64,000 nt of DNA from Malacoraja senta. Lineage: Eukaryota. Positions 11,626 to 25,039 of this stretch are shown here, piece after piece. A model generated the notes under the pieces. The model did not search any database and was not told the origin of the DNA. It saw only the letters and a program-made list of their open reading frames with translations. Position numbers and translations under genes: made by a program. The number at the start of each line of letters is the position of its first letter. Within the stretch, counting starts at the first letter, position 1. The stretch covers positions 8,744,001 to 8,808,000 of the forward strand of contig CM075996.1 in assembly GCA_038087875.1 (NCBI GenBank), written 5' to 3'.

Positions 11626-13188
11626 AGAGGGGTGAACCCTCGAAAAGCGCCTGGACCTGATGGTATACCCGGTCGTGTTCTAAAACCTGCGCGGATCAAC
11701 TGGTTGGAGTTTTTACGGACATTTTCAACCTCTCACTTCTGAGGTCTGAGGTTCCCACCTGCTTTAAAAGGGCATCAATTATACCGGTGCCCAAGAAGAG
11801 CAAGGTGACGTGCCTCAATGACTATCGACCAGTGGCACTAATGTCTGTGGTGATGAAATGCTTTGAGAGGTTGATCATGGCGCAAATCAATTCCTACCTC
11901 GACAAAAACCTGGACCCTCGGCAGTTCGCTTACCGCCACAACAGATCAACGGTGGATGCGATCTCGCTGGCTCTCCACTCCGCTCTGGACCACTTGGACA
12001 ACAAAAACTCATATGTCAGGCTGTTATTCATTGATTACAGCTCGGCATTTAATTCAATCATCCCCTCCAAGCTGGTTACCAAACTCGCAGAACTGGGTCT
12101 CTGCGCATCCCTCTGCAATTGGATCCTCGACTTCCTCATTCACAGACCACAGTCAGTTCGTATTGGTGGAAATGTGTCAGCCTCGAGAACAATCAGCACG
12201 GGAGCACCTCAAGGCTGCATGCTCAGCCCCCTGCTGTACTCACTCTATACTCATGACTGCATAGCCAGTCATAGTGCGAACTCCACCATCAAGTTCGCTG
12301 ACGACACCACTGTTGTGGGACTTATCACTGATGGAGACGAGTCAGAGTATATAAGTGAGATCGACCGACTGACCGAATGGTGCCAGCACAATAACCTGGC
12401 CCTTAACACCAGCAAAATCAAGGAACTGATTGTGGACTTTGGAAGGGGGAGGATGGGGACCCACAGTCCCGTTTATATCAATGGGTCGATGGTGGAAAGG
12501 GTCAAGAGCTTCAAATTCCTGGGCGTGCATATCTCTGAAGATCTTTCCTGGTCTGAGAACACTGATGCAATCATAAAGAAAGCACATCAGCGCCTCTACT
12601 TCCTGAGAAGATTACGGAGAGTCGGTATGTCAAGGAGGACTCTCTCTAACTTCTACAGGTGCACAGTAGAGAGCATGCTGACCGGTTGCATCGTGGCTTG
12701 GTTCGGAAACTTGAGCGCCCTGGAGAGGAAAAGACTACAAAAAGTAGTAAACACTGCCCAGTCCATCATCGGCTCTGACCTCCCTACCATCGAGGGGATC
12801 TATCACAGTCGCTGCCTCAAAAAGGCTGGCAGCATCATCAAGGACCCACACCATCCTGGCCACACACTCATCTCCCTACTACCATCAGGTAGAAGTTATA
12901 GGAGCCTGAAGACTGCAACGACCAGGTTCAGGAATAGCTACATCCCCACAGCCATCAGGCTATTAAACTCGGCTCGGACAAAACTGAACATTAATAGCCC
13001 ATTATCTGTTATTTGCACTTTATCAGTTTATTTATTCATGTGTGTATATATATATATAATGGTATATGGACACACTGATCTGTTCTGTAGTCATGCCTAC
13101 TATGTTCTGTTGTGCTGAAGCAAAGCAAGAATTTCATTGTCCTATCAGGGACACATGACAATAAACTCACTTGAACTCTTGAACTCTT
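11626..13188 (+). mobile_element. Rex1/Babar non-LTR retrotransposon, 5'-truncated, young
   Basis: RT ORF; tail atgacaataaa plus (cttgaact)n; GAGTT at both junctions (possible TSD). Confidence 0.9.
11787..13118 (+). CDS. Rex1/Babar reverse transcriptase, open frame; true start lost by 5' truncation
   Basis: [56 protein letters not shown]. Confidence 0.85.
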   Translation: MPKKSKVTCLNDYRPVALMSVVMKCFERLIMAQINSYLDKNLDPRQFAYRHNRSTVDAISLALHSALDHLDNKNSYVRLLFIDYSSAFNSIIPSKLVTKLAELGLCASLCNWILDFLIHRPQSVRIGGNVSASRTISTGAPQGCMLSPLLYSLYTHDCIASHSANSTIKFADDTTVVGLITDGDESEYISEIDRLTEWCQHNNLALNTSKIKELIVDFGRGRMGTHSPVYINGSMVERVKSFKFLGVHISEDLSWSENTDAIIKKAHQRLYFLRRLRRVGMSRRTLSNFYRCTVESMLTGCIVAWFGNLSALERKRLQKVVNTAQSIIGSDLPTIEGIYHSRCLKKAGSIIKDPHHPGHTLISLLPSGRSYRSLKTATTRFRNSYIPTAIRLLNSARTKLNINSPLSVICTLSVYLFMCVYIYIMVYGHTDLFCSHAYYVLLC

Positions 13189-13794
13189 GAGTTTGTACGT
13201 TCTCCCCGTGACCTGCGTGGGTTTTCCCCAGGTGCTCCGGTTTGCTACCACACTCCAAAGATGTACAGATTTGTAGGCTGATCGGCTTTGGTAAAATTGT
13301 AAATTGTCCCTAGTGTGTGGAGGATGCGGGGATCGCTGGACGGCGCGGACATGGAGGGGCCGAAGGGCCTGGTTCCGCGCTGTATCTCTAAACTAAACTA
13401 AACTAAAACTGTTCCTCCGGCAGATGGAACTTGTTTTGGAAAAAAAAACATCTCAGCAGGGCCAGGAACTAATGCCCTGCGGGGATTTGCTGGTGTTATT
13501 GGGAACGTTTACGCTAGCTTGGCAGAGGGATGGAAACAGTAAGGAAACTAAGGAAGGAGAGGACGGCAAAAACAAGAGTCAAGCAGCAGGGGAGGTTAAC
13601 ATACAGAAAAAGGTTAAACTGGTCAAATTACCAGTTGTATGTCCCACTGCATTCGCAACACACAAATAAGTTAATCTCACAAGCAGAAGTGAATGGATAT
13701 GGTGTAACTATGTTGGCAGGGTGACCAAAGTTGGGAAGTAAAGGCTCCAGAGTATTCAACATTTAGAAAGGGCAGGCATACTGTCGGTGGGATG

Positions 13795-13940
13795 TGTGGG
13801 AAGGAACTGCAGATGCTGGTTTGCATCTTTCTTCAGACTCCGGTCTGAAGATGAATCTCGACCCGAAATGTCACCCATTCCTTCTCTCGAGACATGCTGC
13901 CTGTCCCGCTGAGTTACTGGAGCATTTTGTGTCTATCTTC
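13795..13940. mobile_element. Palindromic PLE insertion in a degenerate CR1 endonuclease remnant (~13450-14190)
   Basis: ggaaggaactgcagatgctg...ctgaagatgaatctcgacccgaaatgtc...cattttgtgtctatcttc. Confidence 0.7.
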
Positions 13941-14350
13941 AGCCATAGGTGGTGGTTGAAAAAGTACAACTAATATAGGAGGAGATCAGTGCAATGATGG
14001 GGAACTATCTTCGTGTTGAAATCCAAGGCACAATGGGAATCACAGGTTGAGTTTACAAACAGCATAGAGGCAGAAAACATTGGTAGTTGTAAAATGTAAT
14101 ATTGGCTTGGCACAAATCAGGGAAGTAAGGAGATTATGACATGAGTGTAATCATGGGTGACTAACAAACGCAGACTGGATAAATCAAATTTAATCTAATA
14201 AAATGAATGACTGAAATTTATACTAATCTTAAATCTTTTGCTCCAGATTCCAGAATCTCCAGTTTTGCATCTGCTCTGAAATTGTATTCAAATTGTATTC
14301 AAAAATAATATTTTCAATATCGTCCTATTTATGTACAATGTCAAAACATA

Positions 14351-14719
14351 CAGGTCTACCACCGATTTTCCGGCATCCTTGGTTCCAGACTCTTTCTGGA
14401 TTTTGCCGGACCAACTGAGGTCACGGCCTCTGAGAGGAGTCCAACAGTACTGGAAGCCAAGGAGCCGAGATACCGGCCCGCAAAGTTGGCCTCGGAAGTC
14501 GGCTAAGGGAACGGATCTGCCATCTCCGGCTGCAGTTCCAGCTGGCAGCAGGAGGCGAATTTGACCCACTGATCAGCGCGGAACTCCCAATGAGATAGAG
14601 GTCTCCCGCCTCACCGCCACATTTTCGGAGGGGCTTCCGTGGATTTCAAGTGCCCTCTCGTGATTTTGGCTGGATTATTACCGGACGTCCAGTTGCCAGA
14701 AAAATCGGTGGTGGACCTG
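14351..14719. mobile_element. Tc1/mariner-pogo type MITE
   Basis: TIR CAGGTCTACCACCGATTTTCCGGCA / TGCCAGAAAAATCGGTGGTGGACCTG; preceded by TA. Confidence 0.8.
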
Positions 14720-15009
14720 TCATTCATTTCAATATTGCAGAGCTTCAGAAAAGATTATACAGTATTTCTTTCTTTTGAAACAGTGTAAAAATGCAGATTA
14801 TTTTTTTTTCTCCAACATATATAGCTGACCACGAGTTTCGAGATTAAAGCCAACAACTTTTAGTGATTGTACTTATGCCTTGTTGATACTTGTAGCAAAA
14901 ATCAAACAACTGAAGTGCCACAGCATTTTGTGTTCCACGCACGATACCAGCATCTGTAGTTCCGTGTGTCTACAGGGAACCAAAGTCGCCAGAATTGAAA
15001 AGATAGGTC

Positions 15010-17090
15010 AGTGAGTGTTTGACAGCACTGGGCCTCTATTCGCTGGAGTTAAGAAGGATGAGGGGACACCTCATTGAAACTTACCAAATAGTGAAAGGTC
15101 TGGATAGAGTGGATGTGGAAAGGATGTTTCCACTCGTGGGAGAGTCTAGGACCAGAGGCCATAGCCTCAGAATTAAAGGACGTACCTTTAGAAAGATGAG
15201 GAGGAATTTCTTTAGTCAGAGGGTAGTGAATCTGTGTAATTCATAGCCACTGATGGCTGTAGAGGACAAGTCGATGGATATTTTTAAGGCGGAGATTGAC
15301 AGCTTCACAGAAGCTTGATAGAAGGCGAGAGAAAGGGGTTGAGAGGGAAAGATAGATCAGCCATGATTGAATGGCGGACTAGTCTTGATGGGCCGAATGG
15401 CCTAATTCTTCTCCTAGAATTTATGAACTATGAAGAAGGGATAACTGGTATCCAAGGGATGAAAACGCTTTTTTGTGTTGATTAATCAGCAAAGATTAGT
15501 GGGAAGCCATGGGATTGAGAAGCTTTTAAAGAACAACAAAAGGTAACTAAAAAGGCCAAATGGGGAGAAACGATGAAGGTGAGCTAGCCAATAATATAAA
15601 AGAGGATGGCAAGAGTTTCTTCAGTTATATAAAGAGTAAGAAAGAGGTAAGTGGACGTTGGACTGCTGGAGAATGATGCATCAGTCTTCCCAGTTGAAGA
15701 CACCAGCAACGTGCCTGAAATTCAACAGAGTCAGGGGGTGGAAGTTAGTGGAGTGGCTATTACTAGGGAAAATGTGCCTGTGAAGCTGAAAGGATGGACT
15801 GCACCCCAGGGCTCTGAAAGATGTGGCTTTAGAGCTTGTGGAGGCATTGATAGGGATATTTCAGGAATCACTAGATAGGAGTGGTCTCAGATGATTGGAA
15901 ACTTGCCAATATTACCCCGCTGCAAGAGAAGAGAACAAAGCAGAATAGTGGGAACTATAGGCCGATTAGTCTAATTTCAGTGGTTGGTAAGATTTTAGAG
16001 TCCTTTATAAAGGATGAAGTTAGGGTGTACTTAGAGGCTCACGATAAAATAGGCCAAAGTCAGCATGGCTTTGTGAAGGGGAGGTCTTGCTTGACAAATT
16101 TGCTGGAATTCTTTGAAACGTATATAGCAGGACGTTATTTACTTAGATGTTGTTTACTTAGATGTTGTTTACTTAGGTTTTCAGAAAGCTTTTGATAAGG
16201 TGCCACACGTGAGGCTGCTAAGGAAGATGAGAGCCCACAATATCAAAGGGGAGATATTAACATGGATAGCAGGTTGGCAGAAGTGTGGAGTCATGCATTT
16301 TAGTAGTAGGAATAAAGGCATAGACTATTTTCTAAATGGGGAGAGAATCCAGAAATCGGAGTTGCAAAGGGACTTGGGAGTGCTGGTGCAGGATTCCCAA
16401 AAAGTTAATCTGCAAGTTGAATCGGTAGTAAAGAAAGCAAACTAAATGCCAACATTTATTTCAAGAGGGCTTGCATACAAAAACAGGGATGTAATGCTGA
16501 GGCTCTAGAAGGCATTGGTAAAGTCACATTTTGGATATGTGAGCAATTTTCGGCACCGTATCTGGGGAAGGATGTGCTGGCTCTGGAGAGGGTCCAGAGG
16601 AGGTTCACAAGAATGATCCCAGGAATGAGTAGGTTAACATATGATGAGCATTTGACGGCACTGGGCCCCATACTCGCTGGAGTTTAGAAGAATGAAGGGG
16701 AGCCTCATTGAAACATACAGAATAGTGAAAGGCTTGGATAGAGTGGATGTGGAGAGGATGTTTCCACTGGCGAGAGAGTCTAGGACTAGAAGTCATACCC
16801 TCAGAATTAATGGCGTTCTTTTAGGAAGGAGATGAGGAGAAATTTCGTTAGTCAGAGAGTGGTGAATCTGTGGAATTCTTTGCCACAGAAGGCTGTGGAG
16901 GCCAAGTCAGTGGATATTTTTAAGGCAGAGATAGATAGATTCTTGATTAGTAGGGGTGTCAGAGGTTAGGGGGAGAAGGCAGGAGAATGAGGTTAGGAGG
17001 GAGAGATAGATCAGCCATGATTGAATGGCAGAGTAGACTTGATGGGCCGAATGGCCCAATTCTACTCCTATCACTTATGACCTTATGACC
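15010..17090 (+). mobile_element. Cluster of CR1 fragments: 3' piece 15010-15430 and internally deleted RT-to-3' piece ~15480-17090
   Basis: NYRPISLISVVGKILES, SQHGFVKGRSCLTNLLEFFE, KVPHVRLL; CR1 tails. Confidence 0.85.
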
Positions 17091-17124
17091 TTCTGAGCAT
17101 CTGCATTTCCTTCCTACACATCCC

Positions 17125-17620
17125 CCGATGATTTATTGTGTTCAAGATCTTGCCTCGCTCAATCGAATGCTTCAATGGCTGCATTGTGAGCCATTGTGCA
17201 TTCATCCTACACAATAAGAAATTACAATTTATCAACTTTTTCCCCTTTGCAGTACCCCGGCCAATGTTACATGTTGCAGTCTCCACATTTGTTAAATTTA
17301 AAGGGAGTTTGAAAGCCAAATATGCTGTTCCCCTACCCCCCCCCTTCCACCTCCTATCAATGGTATTGAAACAATGCTATATTTCTTATTTTTGAACTCC
17401 AACCAAATGTAGATTAATAAGGACATTTATTTCCTGTTTCACCAGAAGCATTCAAAAAATAATCCCTTTATCACTCTAAACAAACTTTGTAATAGTATCT
17501 AAGGCATTGTTTCATACCTCACTAGGATTGATTCTAATATATTTGCCTAACTGATCCTGCAGAAATTTGGTGCACAAATCTCCAGTTTTCCGTTGCGGTT
17601 CATATAGTCTAAAAAGGCCC
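17125..17620 (-). pseudogene. Helitron RepHel PIF1-type helicase remnant
   Basis: Minus strand gives FLNASGETG (Walker A-like), RTAYLAFKLPLNL...TCNI and DECTMAHNAAIEAFD*ARQDL (Walker B region), with frameshifts. Confidence 0.75.
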
Positions 17621-17702
17621 TCTCAAATATTTAATACCCCATAAACATATTTGAAAAAATAAATTTAAGTGGTGAAATATAGAAATTTAGACTTAGAAAC
17701 AA

Positions 17703-17970
17703 GAGGTGGCACAGTGGTAGAGTTGCTGCCTCACAGCGCCAGAGACCCGGTTACGATCCTGACTATGGGTGCTGTCTGTATGGAGTTTGTACGTTGTCCC
17801 CGTGACCTGTGTGGGTTTTCTCCGAGATCTTCGGTTTCCTCCCACACTCCAAAGACGTACAGGATTGGCTTTGGTATAAATGTAAATTGTCCCTAGTGTG
17901 GGGATCACTGGTCAGAGCGGACTTGGTGGCCCGAAAAACTGTTTCCGCACTGTGTCTCTAAATTAAACAA
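17703..17970 (+). mobile_element. HE1-like V-SINE
   Basis: Head, V-domain and tail. Confidence 0.8.
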
Positions 17971-18283
17971 AAAATAAAAACACATTTTCGGCAATGGAGG
18001 CCCTTCTAAGGGTGTTTTAGAAAAAATAAAGGGTGGTGCATATCCATATCCAAGCATATCCTTGTGCTAAATCCAACTTCCATTGCTGCTTCACCTCTGT
18101 TATTAGGCTTCTGAACAGTCCTTCCAGAAGTTAGGGTACTGTCCAATTCACCTCCACACCATTGTGGACATTGGACTTTGTCTCTGGAACTGGTGCGCTA
18201 TAATGCTGAGAACTTTATTCTGCACTTTATCTTTCCCTTTGCTCTATCTACTGTACTTGAGTGCAGATAGAGCAAGTAATAGT

Positions 18284-18590
18284 AAGATGGACACAAAATG
18301 CTGGAGTAACTCAGCGGGACAGGCAGCATTTCTGGAGAGAAGGAATGGGTGACGTTTCGGGTCGAGACACTTCTTCAGGGGAAAGGGAAACGAGAGGCAT
18401 AGACGGTGAAGAAGAGATATAGAACAAATGAATGAAAGATATGCATAAAAGTAATGATGATAAAGGAAACAGGCTATTATTACCTGTTTGCAAGGTGAGA
18501 ACGAGAAGCTGGTGCGACTTGGGTGAGGGAGGGATGGAGAGGGAATACACGGATTACTTGAAGTTAGAGAAATCAATTTTCATACCATGA
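18284..18590 (-). mobile_element. Penelope-like 3' fragment
   Basis: pLTR plus ttacttgaagttagagaaatcaat (end of GIY-YIG ORF). Confidence 0.8.
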
Positions 18591-18597
18591 TTGTATA

Positions 18598-18601
18598 GTA
18601 G

Positions 18602-18653
<52 letters not shown>

Positions 18654-18676
18654 GTAAGTATGTGTATATATACATA
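18598..18676. repeat. (TA)n/(TG)n microsatellite
   Basis: Seen directly. Confidence 0.9.
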
Positions 18677-18686
18677 TTTTCCATCT

Positions 18687-19123
18687 GGTGGCGCCATCGA
18701 GTGTGGCAGCCTCGCCAGTAGCAATCAGTCCTTTCAACCTTTTTGTTATTTTTAGTGTCTAAATGTATGCCGCAGTCTCCGATAAGAAGTGGCTGATTCG
18801 GAAACTCCAAGCCGCTGAGTGTGTTCTTCTGTTCCGACGCTGGAGTTCCGATCATCCCGGCGAGAGGGCATGAACATCGGGCCATCTGTAGCGGCGACTG
18901 CGGAGGGTTCAAAGGCCCCGACCACGGGTGAACAAAGAGGAAGATGTCTGAACTTTATTGCCTTCCATCAGTGGGAAACGTTGATTCCGCTGTGGGGGAT
19001 GTTCATGTTAAACTCTATCGTGTATTGTGTTCTTTTATATTCGTATGGCTGTATGGTAACTCAAATCTCACTGTACCAATTGGTGCAGGTGACAATAAAT
19101 GTAACTTGAACTTGAACTTGAAC
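18687..19123 (+). mobile_element. Non-autonomous GC-rich retroposon with a Rex1-like tail
   Basis: Head ggtggcgcc; tgccttccatca hairpin; tail tgacaataaa plus (cttgaa)n. Confidence 0.65.
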
Positions 19124-19764
19124 TATACATACATTGAACTTTTTTCTCGTTTATTATATTGTTTACAATGTACTATGTTTACATATTCTGTTGTGCTGCT
19201 GCAAGTAAGAATTTAATTGTTCTATCTGGGACATATGACAATAAAACACTCTTGACTTCAGGTTAGCTCTCATTATACCATTCAAAATGCATGATCTTTC
19301 TCTGCGTTAAACTTCTCCTGCCACACCAGGAGGAAAGAATTATTTTATGGGAAGATGGTGAATCTTTGCAGCTCCCTTGCCCAGGGAGCTGCGGGGGCTC
19401 AATCACCAAGTCCATTCAAAACATCAGTCAAGCATGAAAATCTATCTCCACCACCCTCAGCCACTGCATTCCAGATTTAAACCACCCTCAGAAAAAATTC
19501 CTCAGATTCCTTCTATAAACCTCACCCGAACCAGATCCCTTTACTTTTAGATAGACACAAAAAGCTGGACTCTACTTTTAGACTATCACTATGGAAACTT
19601 TCTGACTAAACATCCTCTCTGTGCATCATAAAGTTATGCAGCATAGAAGCAGGCCCTTCAGCCCAGCTTGTCCATGCCAACCATGAGGCTGGTCTATACA
19701 AACCCCATTTGCCCACATTAGGTCCATATCTCTGTTCCTTTCCATTCCAAGTAGCTGTAACAAA

Positions 19765-20040
19765 ATAGGTGCAGGAGGAGGCCACTTGGCCCTTCGAGCC
19801 AGCGCCGCCATTCATTGTGATCATGGTTGATCGTCCCCAATCAATAACCCGTGCCTGCCTTCTCCCCATATCCCTTGATTCCACTAGCCCCTAGAGCTCT
19901 ATCTAACTCTCTCTTAAATCCATCCAGTGATTTGGCCTCCAGTGCCCTCTGTGACAGGGAATTCCACAAATTCACAACTCTCTGGGTGAAAACGTTTTTT
20001 TCTCACCTCAGTCTTAAATGACCTCCCCTTTATTCTGAGA
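19765..20040 (-). mobile_element. CR1 3' fragment
   Basis: Reverse CR1 tail and LWNSL region. Confidence 0.85.
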
Positions 20041-20104
20041 TCACTCCACTCTTTTAAGCCTTTACTTCCAACAGCAGCATTTTTGCTTTATTCCCTTTAT
20101 AATT

Positions 20105-20176
20105 CAAATAAGTTCAAATAGAACAAGTTGTCCTACAACTTTAGGCTGTGCATGCCATACGCAAGAAGAAGAAGAA
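20105..20176 (+). mobile_element. 5'-truncated copy of the HDV-ribozyme-headed short retroposon (tail only)
   Basis: tcaaatagaacaagttgtcctacaactttaggctgtgcatgccatacgcaagaagaagaagaa matches the tails at 25040 and 35782. Confidence 0.75.
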
Positions 20177-22440
20177 CTATAATAGGCTATTGCACTTTAT
20201 CTGTGTATTTATGTGTGTATATATATATTCTATGGTATATGGACACACTGATCTGATCTGTATTTATGCCTACAATATTCTGTCGTGCTGCAGCAAGCAA
20301 GAATTTCTTTGTCCTATCTGGGACACATGATAATAAACTCTCTTGACTTGACTTGACTTGAAATCATTAATGTATACTACAAACAACAAGAGTCCCAGAA
20401 CTTGTTGGCACGGTAGAGCTACTACCTTACCGCACCAGAGACCTGGGTTCGATCCTGACTATGGGTGTATAGACACAGAATACGGATTTAGGAATAGAGA
20501 GCAAGGATGTGATATCTAGAAAGGGTTTACGCGGGGGCTGGAGGAACTTAATGCTTTGCTGTGCTACAAAGCTCTGGCAGGTGAAAGACTATGAAGACTT
20601 CCGCACCCTTGTTGTGCTGCAAATCTATTCATGAGGGATGGGTTTACCCTGATAGTTTAAGTTCACCTCAAGTACATCCTGCTCAGCAACCGAGCACATT
20701 TAATCCTCGCTTCCTAAACAATGCTCTTGAATACAAAAAGCACCCAGCAAATGGGAACAACTCACTGGGCAGTGAATTGGATGATAACCAGAGAACCTCA
20801 CACTTCTGTTTAAGAAGGAACTGCAGATGCTGGAATATCGAAGGTGACAAAAGCCGTCTTAAATGACCACCTAAACTGTCATTTGGCAACTTAAAAAGCT
20901 GCCAAGGTTGCCCGGCTGACAACAGAGAAAAAAAATTAAGTGAGAGCCCTGCAAGGGGTATAATATTTTTACACTGTCATAGGCCTTTCTTAGATATGCT
21001 GTCACAACGCACTGTAGTCTCTAAACAACTCTTCAGTAATTTTCCTTGCCCTCCATTTCAGAATAATAGTGTTTTAAGTCAATAACTCGACACTAGCACT
21101 GGCAATGAATAAATAAATAAAAAAGCGCAGCTTTCCAACCCCTTATCTCATTGGCCACGCTCGGCTGAAAATCGGTTTCGGCCCGAAACGTTGCCCATTT
21201 CCTTCGCTCCATAGATGCTGCCTCACCCGCTGAGTTTCTCCAGCACTGTTGTCAACCTCACACTTCTACTGTACACTCACTGGCTGCAGATTAACTTTCT
21301 AATACTCATGATTCGATGAGTTTATAAGACGCCTGTCATTCACCAGATCTGCAAAAGGAAATTCCCGTTTTGAGCTATCTTATTCATTACTGGTACCAGG
21401 CATCAAATTGCATTCTGCAATGGCATGGTCTCGGCCCTTATCCATGTCAACATCAGCAATGAACAGCTACCCAGCTTAAGTCAACAGAAACAATTTAATC
21501 AAACTACAAACAAAGATCTCAGTGATTTTTAACATACAATCATCCCACTTCATCTTGCGTCAATAAACAAACACCAAGCGTGCCTATTATACTACTATAT
21601 GCACAATTTACTTGCAGGGTGGAAGCATACCAAAATGGAAAGCACTTGCACTCTTAAAGCATTGATAGCAAGGTCCACATTAGAGTCAGTGTCCTAGAAT
21701 CATAGGGCAGAGAAACAGGCCCTTCGGCCCACCGCATCCATGCAATCAAGTACCCATCCATGTACATACAAGGAACTGCAGATGCTTGTTTACCGACACA
21801 TTGCTGGTGTAACTCAAGTGGGTCAGACAGAATCCCCAGAGAACTTGGAAAGGTGATGTTTTGGGTTGGGATCCTTCTTCAGACGGATTGTCGGGGGTGA
21901 GGAGACAAAGGTTCACAGGTTGATATGGATGAAGGGGGGTTTTGATGGGCAGACGGTGGAAATAAGAAGCCAGCGATGAAAAGACAGCAGGTGTGTCAAA
22001 AGGATTGAAGAGTTGCAAATTTGCACCCCCCACCCCCCTCACCCACCTCTCTCTCCACCTGGACAATCTTTTTTCAATTTCTTCAGTGCCACTATGCCGT
22101 AGGTGAGGTCTAACAGCTTGCAACATTTTACTGAGATCTACTCAGTTTTCCAAATTTCAAGATGACAGTCTTGTCTACTCATTCTATCCTCATAGCACAT
22201 CACCATCCCTGTAAATTGTCTAGTGAATTTCTGCTATCTGACCAAGGGTCTCGACCCGAAATGCCACCCAATCCTTCTCTCCAGAGATGCTGCCTGTCCC
22301 ACCGAGTTACTCCAGCTTTTTGTGTCGATCTTCGGTTTAAACCAGCGTCTGCAGTTCCTTCCTACACACGTGGCATTTTTATTCCTGGTTTACGGAAGCC
22401 AAAATTGTATACAACACTCTAGTGCAGACTAACCAAGGTT

Positions 22441-23185
22441 TTTAGATTAGATTAGATTTTATTCTTGTCATTTGAACCTCAAAGAGGCTCAAACGAAACT
22501 CCGTTTCCACAGCCATACAACAAAACAATTCCTACACGACACACAAACAATTCAATTTACAGAAAAACTTCCATCACAGTGAATCTCCTCCTCACTGTGA
22601 TGGAAGGCAAAGTCTTTTCTCTCCCCTGCACCATTTTTCTCCCGATGTTGAAGCCCCAGGCGGGCAATGTTAAGTCCCACGGCCATTAAAGCCGTGCCGG
22701 GCGATTTACAGCCCCGCTCCGGGTCGTTCCAACCCCGCGACACTGGCGGGGGAAGTTGCGTTGCGGGAGCTCCGGAAAGCAGTCTCTCACCCGGACCCGC
22801 GAGCTCCCGATATCACTGTCCACCGGTCTGCAGCTTGAGCTCCGGAGTCGGGCCGCAGCAGCGAGGCACCACCGCTCCCCACGCTCCGAGGCCGGCCAGC
22901 CCCACGATGGTGAGTCCGCAGCTCCGCAGGCTCCGCGACTGGAGCCCCCAGGTCGTCCCGGTCGGAGGCCGCTCCACGGAGCTAGGCCCCAACGACAACG
23001 GAGACCCGACAGGGAAAAAGTCGGGTCTCCCGTACAGGGAAGAGATATTTTTAAGTCCCCCCCCCCCCCACATATACACAGTTAAAACAGTATAAAAAAC
23101 CCCACAAACAACTACATTTAACGAGACAAAAATAAAAAAAAGGCAAACGGACTGCAGTCGAGCCGCTGCCGTTAGGCGCCGCCAC
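22441..23185 (-). mobile_element. Non-autonomous GC-rich retroposon with Rex1-like tail and (AATCT)n end
   Basis: Head gtggcggcgcc; 15-bp hairpin at 22568-22606; tail aaatgacaagaataaaatctaatcta. Confidence 0.65.
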
Positions 23186-23619
23186 ACCCACAATGTTCCG
23201 TGCAATTGCAGCAAGACATCTTTACTGTTTAAGAAGGAACTGCAGATGCTGGAAAATCGAAGGTAGACAAAAATGCTGGAGAAACTCAGCGGGTGAGGCA
23301 GCATCTATGGAGCGAAGGAAATAGGCAACGTTTCGGGCCAAAACCCTTCTTCAGACTTTACTCCTATGCTCAAATCCTTTCATCTTAAAGGCCAATGTTG
23401 CATACACACTGCTCCTGCAGGGCCCACAGGCCAACTTTAGGTTGTCAACCAGTGATCTCCCGACTGCAAAACATTAACAGAATAATCTGTTCTTAAAATA
23501 AACTTGGCCACAGCCCAAATATCAAGGGCAAAGCCACGAAGTCACTTGAACAATGCCACTGAAGAAACCGAAAATGGTTGTAGCAGGGGTTTGCTGCTCA
23601 GTGCTACATCGACAATGGA

Positions 23620-23910
23620 TGAGCGGTAGAGTTCTGCCTTACAGCGCCAGAGACCCGGGTTCAATCCTGACTACGGGTGCTTTTCTGTATGGAGTTTGTA
23701 CGTTCTCCCCGTGGCCTGCGTGGGTTTCATCCGAGATCATCGGTTTCCTCCCACACTTCACAGACGTACAGATTTGTAGGTTACTTGGCTTGGTATAAAG
23801 TGTAAATCATCCCTAGTGTGTGTAGGATAGTGTTAAAAGTGCGGGATCGCTGGTCGATGCGGACGGTGGGCCAAACGGCCTGTTTCCGCGCTGCATCTCT
23901 AAACTAAACG
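23620..23910 (+). mobile_element. HE1-like V-SINE
   Basis: Head, V-domain and tail. Confidence 0.85.
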
Positions 23911-24227
23911 AAAGACAATATGACTCGGCCATTTCAAGGCGCAATTAAAACTCTGACCCCCCTCTGAAGGGCATCAGTAAATCAGATAGCTTCTTACAAA
24001 AATCAGCAGCTTTGGGCCACCAGTATGAATTTATTTGCAGACAAAATTCATATGAACAGAATTTGCATGGCTGTCATTGTGGGGTTTGAATGTGCAGCTG
24101 TGGATTGTTAGCCCAAGTCTCTACAGCCCACAACTTACCACTTCTCCATCAGTGTTTTTCCTGCTTGCTTGTGCAGATTGAATTTGTATGCAATATTTGT
24201 CTTCCTTACAAATTGAAGATAGGCATT

Positions 24228-24508
24228 TTAGTTGATTTAGAGATACAGTGTGGAAACAGGCCACTCTGCCTACCGAGTCCACACTTACCAGTGATCACCC
24301 CGTACACTAGATCTATCCTACACACTAGGGACAATTTACAATTAACCTACACAAATCTTTGGTATGTGGGAGGAACACCCGGAGGAAACCCACATGGTCA
24401 CGGGGTGAACGTACAAACTCCGTACAGACAGCACCCACAGGCAAGATGAAACCCGGGTCCCTGGCGCTGTAAGGCAGCAACTCTACCGCTGCGCCACCGT
24501 GCCACCCT
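24228..24508 (-). mobile_element. HE1-like V-SINE
   Basis: Reverse orientation. Confidence 0.85.
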
Positions 24509-24744
24509 GACCCATCTGTACCATTCATGAATATTTCTTAATTAACTCACTCAGAATGTGTGCGTTATTGGCACCATACCTATATTTGCCCCAAGATGAT
24601 ACCTTCAGCCTCTTAGTGTGCGTTTAAGAGTAAACATGTAGGTTAAATCAAGTAAAGAGGATCATTTGCTTTTTTAAGGGAGGGGTGAGAGAGGGCAGGG
24701 AAACTTATTGAAAATTCTGTATAAAGGGAAAGGGGGGAAATTTT

Positions 24745-25030
24745 AGAATAAAGGGGCAGGTCATTTAAGACTGAGGTGAGAAAAACGTTTTCAACCCAGA
24801 GAGTTGTGAATTTATGGAATTCCCTGCCACAGAGGGCAGTGGAGGCCAAATCACTGGATGGATTTAGAGAGTTAGATAGAGCTCTAGGGGCTAGTGGAGT
24901 CAAGGGATATGGGGAGAATGCAGGCACGGGTTATTGATAGGGGACGATCAGCCATGATCACAATGAATGGCGGTGCTGGTTCGAAGGGCCGAATGACCTC
25001 CTCCTGCACCTATTTTCTATGTTTCTATGT
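24745..25030 (+). mobile_element. CR1 3' fragment
   Basis: RVVNLWNSLP region plus (tttctatg)n tail. Confidence 0.85.
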
Positions 25031-25039
25031 AATTACAAT

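Larger units (their letters stand above)
11545..13388 (+). mobile_element. HE1-like V-SINE split by a Rex1 insertion
   Basis: Head at 11545-11625; remainder resumes at ~13190 with gagtttgtacgttctcccc. Confidence 0.85.

Noticed and set aside
18687..18735. Possible ribozyme at the head of the Rex1-tailed elements
   Set aside because: Could not fit HDV or hammerhead topology; only simple hairpins
22667..23304. ORFs of 109-163 aa in a CpG-rich segment, or a CpG-island promoter
   Set aside because: Interior of a repeated non-autonomous retroposon
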